Notes: generated by a model not told the origin, from the sequence alone. A DNA stretch of 64,000 nt from Candidatus Latescibacterota bacterium (GCA_965203805.1 OZ241917.1:4864001-4928000), one strand, 5' to 3'. Counted from the first letter of the stretch, positions 9,871 through 21,133 are shown. A program made the numbers and translations.

Positions 9871-10322
9871 GCGTAATCCTTCTATTGTCGCTCGGCCTGC
9901 CGGGATGCGGCGGCGAAAGCGATCACTTTACGCGGCTCCGGTCCGGTACGCCGCGAGAGCGCGAGGATGCGGCGGCGTATCTGGGCGCCCGCCGCGTTCC
10001 CGGATCGGTTCCCTGGTTGCGACAGGCGCTGAGGGATACGGTTCCGGAGGTGCGTGCCAAGGCGATCTGGGCGCTGGGGATGCTGGGCGCCGGCGAGGCG
10101 CTTCCCGATCTGGTGCCGTTCCTTACGGCCAACAGCCGTCGGTTGCGCCAGCAGACCGCCGTCGCAATTATGCATATTGAACGCCCCGAGGCGATCGCCG
10201 TTCTGGAGATGGCGATGCGCACGGAAAGAGACCCGTGGGTCAGAAGCGATCTGGCAAGGGCGATAGCGCACCTCAAGCAGTTTGTGGGTGAATCGGATAT
10301 TGCGGAAGGGACGTTTCGGTAA
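9858..10322 (+). CDS. HEAT-repeat lipoprotein
   Basis: Signal peptide with lipobox LPGC; HEAT-like repeats [10 protein letters not shown] and LRQQTAVAI. Confidence 0.75.
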   Translation: MRSLSVILLLSLGLPGCGGESDHFTRLRSGTPREREDAAAYLGARRVPGSVPWLRQALRDTVPEVRAKAIWALGMLGAGEALPDLVPFLTANSRRLRQQTAVAIMHIERPEAIAVLEMAMRTERDPWVRSDLARAIAHLKQFVGESDIAEGTFR

Positions 10323-10376
10323 GCGTGTTCGGGCTTGCCATATAACCGGGACAGGACATTCGGGGGCATTTCACTT

Positions 10377-12551
10377 ATGAATCGATGGTTTGAAACTTGC
10401 ATTTGCGCGGCCTGCCTGATCGGCATCCTGCCGACGGGTTCGCTTATGACCGCCGCCGCCGCCGATTGGACGCACTGGCGCGGACCTATGCAGACCGGCG
10501 CTTCGCCGGAGAGCGGCCTGATTTCAAGATGGTCTCCGGAAGGAGAAAACCTGGTCTGGCGGTCGGCGTTCATCGGCCGGTCCACGCCGGTCATACTGAA
10601 CGGGCGGGTATACGTGATCGGACGTACCGGGGACGGGGTCGCCAGGCAGGAGCACGTCGCGTGTTTCGACGCCGAGAACGGACGGCTGGTATGGGAACGC
10701 AAGTTCAACGTGTGGCACTCCACCATCACGTTTAACCGTCTGGGCTGGGCGAATCTGGGCGCCGACGGGGAAACCGGAAACGTGTACGCACACCTGGTGA
10801 ACGGTCTGCTGCTGTGTTTCGACCGCGACGGCCGGATTCTCTGGACCCGGTCGCTGACCGAGGAGTTCAACAGGTTCTCGGGCTATGGAGGCAGGCTGCA
10901 CACGCCCGTCGTCGACGGAGACCTGGTCGTGATCAGCATGGGCAACAGGGGCTGGGCGGACCGCCCGCCCTCCCACCGGTACATGGCGTTCGACAAGCGG
11001 ACTGGAGAGACCGTTTGGATGGCGCGGCCGGGCGGGGGCGGGCAGGCCGACCTGACCGTGTACTCCACCCCGGTGTCGGCGACCGTCGACGGCGGTCGGG
11101 TACTGATCGCGGGCAACGGAAACGGCGGCATCTTCGCATTCAGGGTCGGGACCGGCGAGGTCGTGTGGGGCTTCCCGTTGAGCCGGCGGGGCATCAACAC
11201 CTCTCCGGTTGCGGCAGACAATCGCGTTTACGCGACCCACAGCGAAGAAAACGTGGACAATACCACGATGGGTCGGGTGGTATGCCTCGACGCGAGAACC
11301 GGCAAAGAAATCTGGCGCCGGGACGGAGTCGCGGCGGGCTATGCTTCTCCGGCCCTTCACGCCGGGCGCCTGTACGTCATCGACAATTCGGCGAACGTAC
11401 ACTGCCTCGATGCAAAAAGCGGGAAGAAATACTGGGAGCATAATATCGGCACGGTGGGGAAGGGCTCACCCACGTGGGCAGACGGGAAACTGTACCTGAC
11501 GGAAGTCAACGGCGGATTCCGGATCCTCGAGGTGGACGACGCGGGCGCACAGGTGCTGGATGAGGAGAAGATTGCGATGCCCGGCGGCAGGCCCGCGGAG
11601 ATCTACGGATCGGTCGCCGTCGCGTATGGCCGGATTTACTTCGCAACCGAAGCCGGACTCTTTTGCCTGGGAGACCGGGATTCGCCCGTCACGCCGGCGA
11701 CCACGCCCATTCCCGATCATCCGCCGGCGCCTTCGGGCGCCGAACCCGCCTCGCTGCTGGTCTTCCCGGCCGAGAAAACGCTGGCCTGGGACGAAACGCT
11801 CCCTTTAAGCGTCCGGGCGTACGATGAACGGGGCCGGATTATCGGAGACGTAGACGCGGAATGGTCCTTCGAAGGGCTGGACGGACGCGTCGACAACGGT
11901 CGGTTTACACCGGAAGCGCGCGGACAGGCCGGGTGGGTGGTCGCCAATTCAGGCGGGCTGACCGCGCGGGCGTGGGTCCGCGTGGTTCCCAGACCTCCCT
12001 GGGCGGAGGACTTCGAGGAGATCCCTGAGGGGAGGAATCCGCGCCACTGGGTGTGGGGCGGGAGGGGGTTCCGGGTCGAGGAAAAGGATGGAAACAAGGT
12101 GCTGGTGAAGCCGCCCGCGGCGCGCGGACTGGACCGTTCCAACCTCTACATCGGACCGCCCGATATGAAAGGATATACCGTCCAGGCCGATCTGATGGGC
12201 GGCACGCGCCGGCGCTGGCGTCCGGACATGGGCCTTATCGCGCACCGGTACATCCTGGATCTGCAGAGTGCCTATCAGCGCCTGGAAGTCCGGTCGTGGT
12301 CCTCGGATCTGAGGATGGTGCAGCGCGTGCCCTTCGAATGGGACCCCGACGTCTGGTATACCATGAAGATGAGGGTGGATATCGAAGGTGATCGGGCCTT
12401 CGTCCGCGGTAAGGTCTGGAAGCGGGGCGACGCGGAACCCGGCGCCTGGACGATCGAAGCGGAGGATCCGCTACCCATAAGGGAAGGCAGCCCCGGGCTC
12501 TACGGATACTCGCCGGCGAACATCTATTTTGACAATGTGCGCGTGTACTGA
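10377..12551 (+). CDS. Secreted PQQ-type (BamB-like) beta-propeller protein with C-terminal lectin-like domain
   Basis: Signal peptide, DWTHWRGP, repeated STPV / D..TG..VW blade motifs. Confidence 0.8.
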   Translation: MNRWFETCICAACLIGILPTGSLMTAAAADWTHWRGPMQTGASPESGLISRWSPEGENLVWRSAFIGRSTPVILNGRVYVIGRTGDGVARQEHVACFDAENGRLVWERKFNVWHSTITFNRLGWANLGADGETGNVYAHLVNGLLLCFDRDGRILWTRSLTEEFNRFSGYGGRLHTPVVDGDLVVISMGNRGWADRPPSHRYMAFDKRTGETVWMARPGGGGQADLTVYSTPVSATVDGGRVLIAGNGNGGIFAFRVGTGEVVWGFPLSRRGINTSPVAADNRVYATHSEENVDNTTMGRVVCLDARTGKEIWRRDGVAAGYASPALHAGRLYVIDNSANVHCLDAKSGKKYWEHNIGTVGKGSPTWADGKLYLTEVNGGFRILEVDDAGAQVLDEEKIAMPGGRPAEIYGSVAVAYGRIYFATEAGLFCLGDRDSPVTPATTPIPDHPPAPSGAEPASLLVFPAEKTLAWDETLPLSVRAYDERGRIIGDVDAEWSFEGLDGRVDNGRFTPEARGQAGWVVANSGGLTARAWVRVVPRPPWAEDFEEIPEGRNPRHWVWGGRGFRVEEKDGNKVLVKPPAARGLDRSNLYIGPPDMKGYTVQADLMGGTRRRWRPDMGLIAHRYILDLQSAYQRLEVRSWSSDLRMVQRVPFEWDPDVWYTMKMRVDIEGDRAFVRGKVWKRGDAEPGAWTIEAEDPLPIREGSPGLYGYSPANIYFDNVRVY

Positions 12552-12659
12552 CCGGACCGGAAAACCGGATGCGGTGTTGTTCGAATTCGGCCGGGTTACG
12601 TGATTGACCGTCGACAGAACGCTATACAGAGAAGCGAATGCAATCAGAGAAAGGCAGAG

Positions 12660-14087
12660 ATGAAAACAAAGTGGACTTTGAAGTGGGCTGTGATTCTGGC
12701 CTGGTCGGCGTCGGTCGCGGGCGCGGAGGAGACCTCGATGTGGGGATTCACGCCCTCGCGGAACCTGGTGTCGGACGAAACGAACCTGCCAACCGAATGG
12801 AATACGGCCACCGGCGAGAACATCAGGTGGAAGGCCGCCCTCGGCTCCCAGTCCTATGCGGGACCGGTACTGCTGGGCGGCAAGGTGTTTATGGGGACGA
12901 ACAACCACGCCGAACGGAATCCCGACATCAAGGGCGACCGCGGCGTGGTGATGGCGTTCCGGGAATCGGACGGAGAATTCCTGTGGCAGTCCGCCCATCC
13001 GAAGCTGCCCGCCGGACGGGTGAACGACTGGCCGCTGCAGGGCGTCTGTTCCACGCCGTTCATTCAGGGCGATCGCCTGTTCTACATTTCCAACCAGGGC
13101 CGTGTGGTCTGCGCGGATACGGAGGGATTCCTGGATTCGGAAAACGACGGGGCGTACCAGGGCGAAGACGTGACCGGCGCCACCGGCGTGGATATCGTCT
13201 GGGAATACGATATGATGAACGAGCTGGACGTGTTCCCCCACAATCTGGCCACATGTTCTCCCGTTGGAGCGGACGGCATGCTGTTCGTCATTACCAGCAA
13301 CGGCGTGGATGAAGGCCACGTGGCGATCCCGTCGCCGTTCGCGCCCAGCTTCATCGCCCTCAGCCTGAAAACCGGGGAACTCGTCTGGGAGAAGGCCTTT
13401 CCCGGCACGAATATCCTGCATGGACAGTGGTCCAACCCGGCCTACGGAACGATCGACGGCAAACCCCAGGTTATCCTGCCGGGTGGGGACGGCTGGGTCT
13501 ACGCCGTGGCGCCGAAGACGGGCGAACTGATCTGGAAGTTCGATTGCAATCCGAAGGACTCGGTATGGGAGCTTGGCGGACGGGGTACCCGCAATGCCAT
13601 CATTGCCACACCCGTGATTTATGACGATAAGGTGTTTATCGGCGTGGGACAGGACCCCGAACACGGGGAAGGGGTGGGGCATCTCTGGGCGATTGACGCG
13701 ACGGGGAAGGGCGACGTTACGGACACCCACGCGGTCTGGCATCTGGGAGGCAAGGCGTTCAACCGGACGATGTCGACGGTCGCCATCCACAACGGGCTGC
13801 TGTACGCGGCCGATCTGAGCGGCTTCGTCTATTGTCTCGATCTGGAGACAGGCAAGCCGCACTGGACCTACGATGCCTACGCCGCCATCTGGGGGTCGCC
13901 GTTCGTTGCCGACGGAAAGGTCTATATCGGCGACGAAGACGGTGACGTGATGATCTTCAGGGCGTCTGCGAAACTTGAGAAGATCAGCGAAATCAACATG
14001 GGCAGCGCGGTATATACAACACCCATTGCGAAAGACGGGGTGTTGTACATCGGGACCCGCAATACGCTGTTTGCAATCGGGAAATAG
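12660..14087 (+). CDS. Secreted PQQ-type beta-propeller repeat protein
   Basis: Signal peptide; repeated TGELVW/TGELIWKF and SPFVADGKVY motifs. Confidence 0.8.
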   Translation: MKTKWTLKWAVILAWSASVAGAEETSMWGFTPSRNLVSDETNLPTEWNTATGENIRWKAALGSQSYAGPVLLGGKVFMGTNNHAERNPDIKGDRGVVMAFRESDGEFLWQSAHPKLPAGRVNDWPLQGVCSTPFIQGDRLFYISNQGRVVCADTEGFLDSENDGAYQGEDVTGATGVDIVWEYDMMNELDVFPHNLATCSPVGADGMLFVITSNGVDEGHVAIPSPFAPSFIALSLKTGELVWEKAFPGTNILHGQWSNPAYGTIDGKPQVILPGGDGWVYAVAPKTGELIWKFDCNPKDSVWELGGRGTRNAIIATPVIYDDKVFIGVGQDPEHGEGVGHLWAIDATGKGDVTDTHAVWHLGGKAFNRTMSTVAIHNGLLYAADLSGFVYCLDLETGKPHWTYDAYAAIWGSPFVADGKVYIGDEDGDVMIFRASAKLEKISEINMGSAVYTTPIAKDGVLYIGTRNTLFAIGK

Positions 14088-14163
14088 GACGCGGCCAGCC
14101 GATCGGGGATATCGTTGTCCTGCAGCCGAATTCAAACAACCCACTTCCGGGACAGGACACAGG

Positions 14164-14898
14164 ATGCTGCTGGAGAACAAGGTGATTCTTGTGACCGGGG
14201 GGGCCTCGGGCATCGGACGCGCCGCGTCGTTGTGTTGCGCGCGGGCCGGCGCTCGGGTGGCGGTGACGGATTGCGATCGGGACGGCGTTGCGGCAACCGT
14301 TCGTGAAATCAAAGGTTCCGGCGGCGACGCCCGGGGTTTCCGGGTCGACGTTCGCGAGGAAGCCGGCGTCCGGACGATGGTGAAGGGCGTGGTCCGGGCG
14401 TTCGGTCGGATCGACGGCCTGATTCATTCCGCGGGGATACTGGACGGCGCGCTGGTGCCCGTCGATCTGTTCGAAGCGGACACGTGGGACCGGGTGGTCG
14501 ACGTCAACCTGAAGGGCAGTTTTCTGCTGTGCAAACACGTGGCGCCGGTCATCGAGCGGTCCGGCGGCGGCGTGCTCGTACTGGTATCTTCCGGCGCCGG
14601 TGTGCGGGGAGGCAGTTCGTCGGCGGCATACGGATCGAGCAAAGGCGGCGTGCACGGGCTCTCTCTGGTGCTTGCGCCGCAACTGGCGCCGAGGGGAATC
14701 CGGGTGCACGCGCTGTGTCCCGGGAGCCTCGACACGCCGTTGAAGATCGTCGCGCTGAGGAAACAGGCTGAAGCGGAGGGGCGATCGCTGGAGGAGTTGA
14801 GAGCGGGACTGGGCGATCCCGAAGGCGTGGGCAAGGTGCTGGCGTTTCTGGTTTCCGACGATGCGGACTACGTGAGGGGAACCGTCCATACGCGGTGA
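14164..14898 (+). CDS. SDR family oxidoreductase
   Basis: VTGGASGIG, HSAG, YGSSK, PGSLDT. Confidence 0.9.
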   Translation: MLLENKVILVTGGASGIGRAASLCCARAGARVAVTDCDRDGVAATVREIKGSGGDARGFRVDVREEAGVRTMVKGVVRAFGRIDGLIHSAGILDGALVPVDLFEADTWDRVVDVNLKGSFLLCKHVAPVIERSGGGVLVLVSSGAGVRGGSSSAAYGSSKGGVHGLSLVLAPQLAPRGIRVHALCPGSLDTPLKIVALRKQAEAEGRSLEELRAGLGDPEGVGKVLAFLVSDDADYVRGTVHTR

Positions 14899-15016
14899 GT
14901 TGGATCGGACGCCCGTTCCGCCCGCCCGGTCGTCGAGATCGGCCACGTGTGAACGGACGATCGGGTCCCGGCGCTCCCGGTGAGCGAATCGACAATACGG
15001 GAAAGGGAGGCAACGA

Positions 15017-16300
15017 ATGCAGCGCACGATGAAAATCGCGCTGATCGGCGCGGGGATGTTCGGCGGCGACGTGCACGCCAGGGCATTCGCCGATTTGCAG
15101 CGGATGGGAATCAGTGGAAATCTGGGGCGGGTCGGGCTGGACCGGTGGGCGCGGGACCTGGCCGACATACAGTTCGATCTGGTAGCCGTGGCCACGCGGT
15201 CCCGGGCATCGGCCGAGCGGGCGCGTGGGAACTTCAGGGCATCCACGGGGCGCGAGCCGGGAGCCTATTGGGGTGAAACGCCCTGGGAAGACGTGCTGCG
15301 CGATTTTCCGGACCTTGACGTTATGGCGGTGGTCACGCCGGACAATTTGCATACCGAAGTGACGCTGGCCGCGCTGCGGAACGGGTCGCACGTGGTGATG
15401 GAAAAACCGATGTGCCTGTCGATCGAGGAGGCGGACGAGATCATCGAGCTGGCCGACGCAAAGGGGCTGGTGGTCTGCGTGGATATGCACAAGCGGTACG
15501 ATCCCGACCATCTGCGGGTCCAGTACGACCTCTCCACGCGGATTGGCGAGCCGCTCTACGGCCAGGCCGGGCTCGAAGAGCCGCTGGAAGTCTCAACCAG
15601 CACGTTCAAGTGGGCGGAGCAAAGCGATCCGTTCAGTTATGTCGGTCCTCACTGGACGGACCTGATTTATAACTATTACAGGAGCAAACCGGTCGCGCTT
15701 TCCGCTGTCGGTCAGAAGAAACGGCTGCTTCGTGAGGGCATCAATGCCTACGACGCGGTTCAGGTGCGCGTTGAATTCGAAAACGGAATGAGCATCTATT
15801 TCCACAATAACTGGATCACGCCCGACGATTTCGAGGGCCCCGTGAATCAGGGCCATGAAATCGTGGGAACCGACGGCAAGGTGGAGTCGGACCAGCAGTA
15901 CCGGGGCCTGCGATTCTGGTACAACGGGGGCGGCAGCCGCACGGTGAACAACCATATGACGCGGGACGTCAGCCGGCCGGACGGCTCGGAGGCGTATATC
16001 GGCTACGGCGTGGACAGCATCACGGTGGGGCTGGTCGCCGCCTGCCGCATCAAATTCCTTGGGGAGACGCGGGAGGACGTGGACGGGATCTATCCGACCG
16101 CGGCGGACGGCCGGATAACGGTCGCGATCGTCGACGCGGCCAGGCGGGTGCGGGACCTGAATTTCAAGTATCTGCAGGAAGGGAAGGGGACGCCGGTGAC
16201 GGCCCGATTCGGGGACGACGGCATCACCATCATCGATCCTTACCGGGTCGACGAGGGACCGGAAGCCGTCTTTCAACGCATTTACAAAAAGCCTTTATAA
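15017..16300 (+). CDS. Gfo/Idh/MocA family oxidoreductase
   Basis: IGAGMFG, VTPDNLH, MEKPM, HKRYDP. Confidence 0.85.
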   Translation: MQRTMKIALIGAGMFGGDVHARAFADLQRMGISGNLGRVGLDRWARDLADIQFDLVAVATRSRASAERARGNFRASTGREPGAYWGETPWEDVLRDFPDLDVMAVVTPDNLHTEVTLAALRNGSHVVMEKPMCLSIEEADEIIELADAKGLVVCVDMHKRYDPDHLRVQYDLSTRIGEPLYGQAGLEEPLEVSTSTFKWAEQSDPFSYVGPHWTDLIYNYYRSKPVALSAVGQKKRLLREGINAYDAVQVRVEFENGMSIYFHNNWITPDDFEGPVNQGHEIVGTDGKVESDQQYRGLRFWYNGGGSRTVNNHMTRDVSRPDGSEAYIGYGVDSITVGLVAACRIKFLGETREDVDGIYPTAADGRITVAIVDAARRVRDLNFKYLQEGKGTPVTARFGDDGITIIDPYRVDEGPEAVFQRIYKKPL

Positions 16301-16391
16301 CGGTGGACGGCAGCGGGCCGTGAGAGACGCCGCGCCTTCGGGTGCGCACGGCGTCCGCGGCTCGTCTTTTTTTTGAACTCAGGAGGATTCG

Positions 16392-17762
16392 ATGGGCAGG
16401 GAGTTCGATATCACACCCCGGGACGTTCCCCGCGTGGACACGAAATACAGGCGAATCGTCTCCAGACTGCCGCATCCGGAGTCGGTTCCGGTGCTCCAGG
16501 CGTTGCGCACCTTCGAGCCGACTTCCATGCGGGGGCAGCCGCCGGTCGTATGGGACCGCGCCGAGGACGTTTGCGTCTATGACGGGTACGGGAATGTGTG
16601 GCTGGATTGGAGTTCAGGGGTGCTGGTGACCAACGCGGGTCATGGGATGCCGGAGGTGCGGACGGCGATTCTGGACCAGGTCAACAACGGACTTCTGCAC
16701 AGTTACGTGTTCCCGAACGCCGCGAGGGCGAAGCTTGCGGAGTTTCTGATTCGGCTGGCGCCGGACGGTCTGGAAAAGGTGTTTCTGCTGACAACGGGTT
16801 CAGAAGCCACCGAGAATGCGATCAAGCTGGCGCGCACGTGGGGAATCAGGCAGGGCGGGAGCCGCAAGATCGGGATCGTGGGTTTTGAGCGGGGATTCCA
16901 CGGGCGTACGATGGGGGCGCAGCAGGCCGGCGGCATGCCCGGGCAGAAGGACTGGATCGTGAATGAGGATCCCGCCATCGTACAGGTCGCCTTTCCGGAC
17001 GGATACTGGACCGGGAATACCGATTTCGACCACTTCTGCGCGACGCTGAAGAAAAGCGGGTTGAATGCCGACGACGTCGCGGCGGTGATCGTGGAGACCT
17101 ACCAGGGCGTGGGGCCGGATTTTCTTCCGGTCGAATACGCGAGAGCGCTGGCCGAATGGTGCGGGGCGCACGGGGCCCTGCTGATCTTCGACGAGGTTCA
17201 GGCGGGGTTCGGGCGGACCGGAACCATGTGGGGGTTCGAACACTACGGCATCACGCCGGATCTGATCACGTTCGGCAAGGGCGTGAGCAGTTCCCTGCCG
17301 CTGTCGGGCGTGATCGGCCGGACGGAAGTGATGGATCAGTACCCTCCCGGTTCCATGACCAGTACGCATACCGGCAATCCGGTCTGCGCGGCGGCGGCGC
17401 TGGCCAGCCTCAAGAAAATCGTGAATGACGACCTGGCGGGCAATGCCGCCCGGCTGGAGGCGGTCATGATGGACGGTTTGCGAGAAATTCAGGCCCGTCA
17501 TCCGCGCGTGATCGGGAACTGCACGGGCAAGGGGCTGGTGGCGGGACTGCAGATGGTCAAACCGGGTCTGAAGGAGCCCGACCCGGATCTGGCCTTCGAC
17601 GTGGTGGAACGCTGTTTTCACAAGGGGTTGCTGTTCTTCGCGCCCGTGGGGTCCTGGGGGCAGACGGTCAAGGTCTCGCCGCCGCTGACCATTACGGCGG
17701 ACGCCGTGGTCGACGGGTTGACGGTGTTGGGCGAATCCGTGGATGAGGCCGTAGGGAGTTGA
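16392..17762 (+). CDS. Class III PLP-dependent aminotransferase (GabT/ArgD-like)
   Basis: TGSEATENAIK, FHGRT, FDEVQAGFGRTG, TFGKG, THTGNP. Confidence 0.9.
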   Translation: MGREFDITPRDVPRVDTKYRRIVSRLPHPESVPVLQALRTFEPTSMRGQPPVVWDRAEDVCVYDGYGNVWLDWSSGVLVTNAGHGMPEVRTAILDQVNNGLLHSYVFPNAARAKLAEFLIRLAPDGLEKVFLLTTGSEATENAIKLARTWGIRQGGSRKIGIVGFERGFHGRTMGAQQAGGMPGQKDWIVNEDPAIVQVAFPDGYWTGNTDFDHFCATLKKSGLNADDVAAVIVETYQGVGPDFLPVEYARALAEWCGAHGALLIFDEVQAGFGRTGTMWGFEHYGITPDLITFGKGVSSSLPLSGVIGRTEVMDQYPPGSMTSTHTGNPVCAAAALASLKKIVNDDLAGNAARLEAVMMDGLREIQARHPRVIGNCTGKGLVAGLQMVKPGLKEPDPDLAFDVVERCFHKGLLFFAPVGSWGQTVKVSPPLTITADAVVDGLTVLGESVDEAVGS

Positions 17763-17843
17763 CCGTCTGATGTCCAATCGGGAACAGAAAAGGCGGGCGG
17801 CGGAGAACGTCGCTCGCCTTCGCCCTTCCAAGGAGGAATATCG

Positions 17844-19031
17844 ATGGATTTGTACGAGAAGTACAGGCTGACTCGCGTCATCAACGCGTGCGGTAAAATG
17901 ACCCATCTGGCAGGGGCGATCGTATTGCCCGACGTGATAGAAGAGGTGACGCACGCAATGGGCTGCTTCTACGATCTGGACGAACTCCAGGACCGCGCGG
18001 GGGAGGTGATTGCACGCGCCACAGGCGCCCAGTGGGGGTGCGTTACCGCGTGCACTGCCGCGGGCATTTCGCTGGGAGTGGCGGCGGCGATGACCGGAAA
18101 CGATCTGGGCCGGGTCTGGCAACTACCGGACACCACCGGGATGGCCAATGAGGTCGTCATCCAGAAGGGCCACGCGGTAAACTTCGGAGCCCCGGTGACG
18201 CAGATGGTCCGGCTGGCCGGCGCCGCCGCCGTGGAGATCGGGACGGTGCACCGTTCGACCGAGGAACAACTCAGGCACGCCATTGGCGAGCGGACCGCGG
18301 CCGTGGTGTTCGTGGTGTCGCACCACACCGTCCGGTACGGCGCCCTGCCCCTCACCCGCGTCGTCAGGATCGCACACGAGCACGGCGTCCCCGTGATCGT
18401 CGATGGGGCCGCGCAATCGTTTGTAATCAAAGAGATCCTGGGCGCCGGGGCGGACCTGGTCATTTGCAGCGGCCACAAGTATCTCTCGGGTACCACGGCA
18501 GGCGTCGTCTGCGGCCGTGAAGATCTGGTGCGGGCGGTGAACCTGCAGAACCGGGGGATCGGTAGGCCGATGAAGGTAGGCAAGGAGGGAATCGTCGGCG
18601 CGATGGCGGCGCTGGAGTACCGGATGCGCCTGGACGTGGCGGGCTGGGAGGCGGAGCAGAACCGGAAAATGGAACGGGTGATGTCGCGCCTGGACGGCAT
18701 CGACGGCATCGGTCTCAGCGTGGATGCCGATCCCAACGGGAATCCGTTCAGCCGCGCGCGTGTGACGGTGGACGCGGACAAAACCGGATTGAGCGCTGCG
18801 GTGATCAACCTCGCGATGTTGGAAGGTGATCCGTCCATCCGGCTTCGCGCGCACCATACCGACGAAGGATATTTCACCGTGGATGCGATGGAAATGACGG
18901 ACGAGGAGGTGGAATTGACGTGCGACCGGCTGGTGGGGATACTTTCGGCTCCGCCTGCCGAAAAAGCGATGTTGATGGAAAGACTCGGAGACGAGGCCGC
19001 GGTGCCCGCGCAGTGGTCGTGGCTGCGCTGA
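17844..19031 (+). CDS. SelA-like/DgaE family PLP-dependent enzyme
   Basis: VINACGKMT, QKGH.VNFGAP, VIVDGAA, SGHKYL, GIGRPMKVGKE. Confidence 0.85.
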   Translation: MDLYEKYRLTRVINACGKMTHLAGAIVLPDVIEEVTHAMGCFYDLDELQDRAGEVIARATGAQWGCVTACTAAGISLGVAAAMTGNDLGRVWQLPDTTGMANEVVIQKGHAVNFGAPVTQMVRLAGAAAVEIGTVHRSTEEQLRHAIGERTAAVVFVVSHHTVRYGALPLTRVVRIAHEHGVPVIVDGAAQSFVIKEILGAGADLVICSGHKYLSGTTAGVVCGREDLVRAVNLQNRGIGRPMKVGKEGIVGAMAALEYRMRLDVAGWEAEQNRKMERVMSRLDGIDGIGLSVDADPNGNPFSRARVTVDADKTGLSAAVINLAMLEGDPSIRLRAHHTDEGYFTVDAMEMTDEEVELTCDRLVGILSAPPAEKAMLMERLGDEAAVPAQWSWLR

Positions 19032-19120
19032 TATCCCGTGTCGGCGCCGTGCCGCCGGGAAGAGCGCCCCGTAAGCGCACTCCGCGGAGACGATTCAGGA
19101 GGTAGGCTATTTCAGGAAAC

Positions 19121-19759
19121 CTATAGCTTCTCGACAGTCAGGTTCCGGTATTTCGCGCCCGTGCGCTGAACCTCCAGCCAGATCGACACCGGAAACCTCG
19201 GTTCGAATGGGTGGCTCAACCGAACGGTTCCACCCTCGACCGTGAAGTTGGCGCCGTCAACCGTACAGACCACGTCGTACCATCTGCCTGCCTCAACCTG
19301 AAAATCCGCGTCGGACTCGACATTCCAGGGCCCGTAGATTCCGGATTCGTCGAAGATCTTGCGACCGCTGTCGATCTGTATAGAATGAGGTCTGTCGTCG
19401 TCCATCGCCACGAGCATATTGTCGCCGGCGGCGTCCACGAACCCCACGATCTTGCCGTCGCTCCGTGACCGTTCAAGGATCGACACCTGGTACCGGAGTC
19501 GAAACGGTCTGTCCACGACCCTCTCGGATATCAGGTATTGAATCCGGTTGGAGGAGGGACATACGATCGCGCCGTCCTGAACGGTCCACTGGTCCGAGAG
19601 AGGCCACCACCCCTCGAGCGATTTCCCGTCGAAGAGATCGGCGCTGTCGCCCTCCACTGTTCGCCATCGATCCACTTCGACATCGCCGCGTGACAGCAGA
19701 ACGACGGCCAACACAACGTTGGCCAGCAGGCTGGCGGCGGTCAGGACTTTCAGCTTCAT
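19121..19759 (-). CDS. Membrane-anchored DUF1080/family 16-like beta-sandwich protein
   Basis: N-terminal TM segment; LFDGKSLEGW, WTVQDGAI, YRNL. Confidence 0.6.
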   Translation of the reverse strand: MKLKVLTAASLLANVVLAVVLLSRGDVEVDRWRTVEGDSADLFDGKSLEGWWPLSDQWTVQDGAIVCPSSNRIQYLISERVVDRPFRLRYQVSILERSRSDGKIVGFVDAAGDNMLVAMDDDRPHSIQIDSGRKIFDESGIYGPWNVESDADFQVEAGRWYDVVCTVDGANFTVEGGTVRLSHPFEPRFPVSIWLEVQRTGAKYRNLTVEKL

Positions 19760-19790
19760 CCGCAGCCTCCATTATCCTCCGGCAAACCCG

Positions 19791-21038
19791 TCAGTTGCCC
19801 AGGTGGGGCCCGCCGCCGAACACCCGGGCGATGTCATTCCGGATGTCTTGTTCGGTCAGCGGCCAGCCCGCATTCCTCAGCGCTTCGTACTTCCGGTTGA
19901 ATACCGGCGCGATGGTTCTTACGGAATGGGTCCATTTGTAGAGCAGTTGGTCCAGGACCCGGGCATCGGAGTGTTGTGGCACGAAGCTGGTGCCGAGAAG
20001 TTCGAGGCGCTGCGCCGTGATTTCCTCGATGATGCTGGGGTTGTTCAGGAACCACCAGCAGCCGAAAGGCGTCACGTTGGGGAACTTTCTGGCGGCCACG
20101 CAGAGTTCGTGCTGGTTCTCGCGGGAAAGCAGCGTGACGAGGAAGCTCACGTCGGGCCATTCGCGGGCGATGTTCTCGAGTACGGTGACGTCCCATTTTC
20201 CCAGGCCGTCGCCCCCGTCCCGCAACAGGGTGTTGACCCCTCGTCTGACGCCCACCATCATCGCGGCGGGAATCCCGTGATCACGGGCCGTGGGGTAAAC
20301 CACGGCGCCCAGCAGCTTCGCAACGGCGGACCGGGATGGATAGGCGAAGTCGGGCGGGAGGGAAATGGCCAGGTAACGGGCATCCATTCGCGCAATGCAG
20401 TCGTCGAGGTAGCGGCGAAGTTCCGCAATCGTCCGGGGCGAGAGGTCGTTTTCCACCCTGTAACCCAGCGCGTTCAATTTCGCGACGGCCGCGGGCCAGC
20501 CGACCAGGGCACTGTCCAGCCGGAGGGCGGCTGCAAAACGGGGGTCCCGATCGAATCCCGCCTGCCACAGGGCGCCCTCCAGTTCGTCCAGAGGATCGTT
20601 GGTCATATATACGCGGGCGACGCCGGACTTGCTGAAAATGAGATCGACGTAGGCTTCCGGGTCCGTCTTTGAGAAGAATGCACGGAATTCGGACAGGGAT
20701 TCGGCCCGGGGGTTCAGGCCCAGCGCCGACATAACGGTCACCACGCCCAGCTGGGCTTCGGACAGCGGACTGCCGCTTCCCGCGAAGAGCGTGCGCCAGA
20801 CAACGTCGGCCTGGTGCGGTTTCGGCAATGCGTTGAACTTCCTGACGGAGACCCCGGCGGGAAGCTGGCGGCAGGTTTCGACCTTGAGATAATGGTAGGT
20901 AAGCAGTTCGTCGGGCCCCATCAGGCAGAGCGGACCCATCTGAGTCGGATAGAGGTGGGTGTGAATGTCGACGAATGCTTGATTCTCGAAGGCCCTGGCG
21001 ACCGCTTCGCTGACGGAGAAACCGGCGGTGGATGCCAT
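19791..21038 (-). CDS. Uronate isomerase (amidohydrolase superfamily)
   Basis: DIHTHL, LLTYHYL, MTNDP, FGCWWF, QHSDARVLDQLLYKW. Confidence 0.85.
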   Translation of the reverse strand: MASTAGFSVSEAVARAFENQAFVDIHTHLYPTQMGPLCLMGPDELLTYHYLKVETCRQLPAGVSVRKFNALPKPHQADVVWRTLFAGSGSPLSEAQLGVVTVMSALGLNPRAESLSEFRAFFSKTDPEAYVDLIFSKSGVARVYMTNDPLDELEGALWQAGFDRDPRFAAALRLDSALVGWPAAVAKLNALGYRVENDLSPRTIAELRRYLDDCIARMDARYLAISLPPDFAYPSRSAVAKLLGAVVYPTARDHGIPAAMMVGVRRGVNTLLRDGGDGLGKWDVTVLENIAREWPDVSFLVTLLSRENQHELCVAARKFPNVTPFGCWWFLNNPSIIEEITAQRLELLGTSFVPQHSDARVLDQLLYKWTHSVRTIAPVFNRKYEALRNAGWPLTEQDIRNDIARVFGGGPHLGN

Positions 21039-21133
21039 GTCCCTTCCTCTATTGACTGTGCCGCGCACGGCGGGAACGCGGAACGATGACCGTTACGCGG
21101 AGCCGCATTGCGAGGCCTTCACAACACCGGTTC

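Noticed and set aside
16322-16375. Hairpin plus T-run between the Gfo gene and the aminotransferase
   Set aside because: The stem is irregular and not cleanly adjacent to the T-run; I cannot support a terminator or attenuator call.
17844-19031. Selenocysteine synthase SelA call
   Set aside because: Motifs fit the DgaE-like subfamily, and there is no selB/selC/selD nearby.
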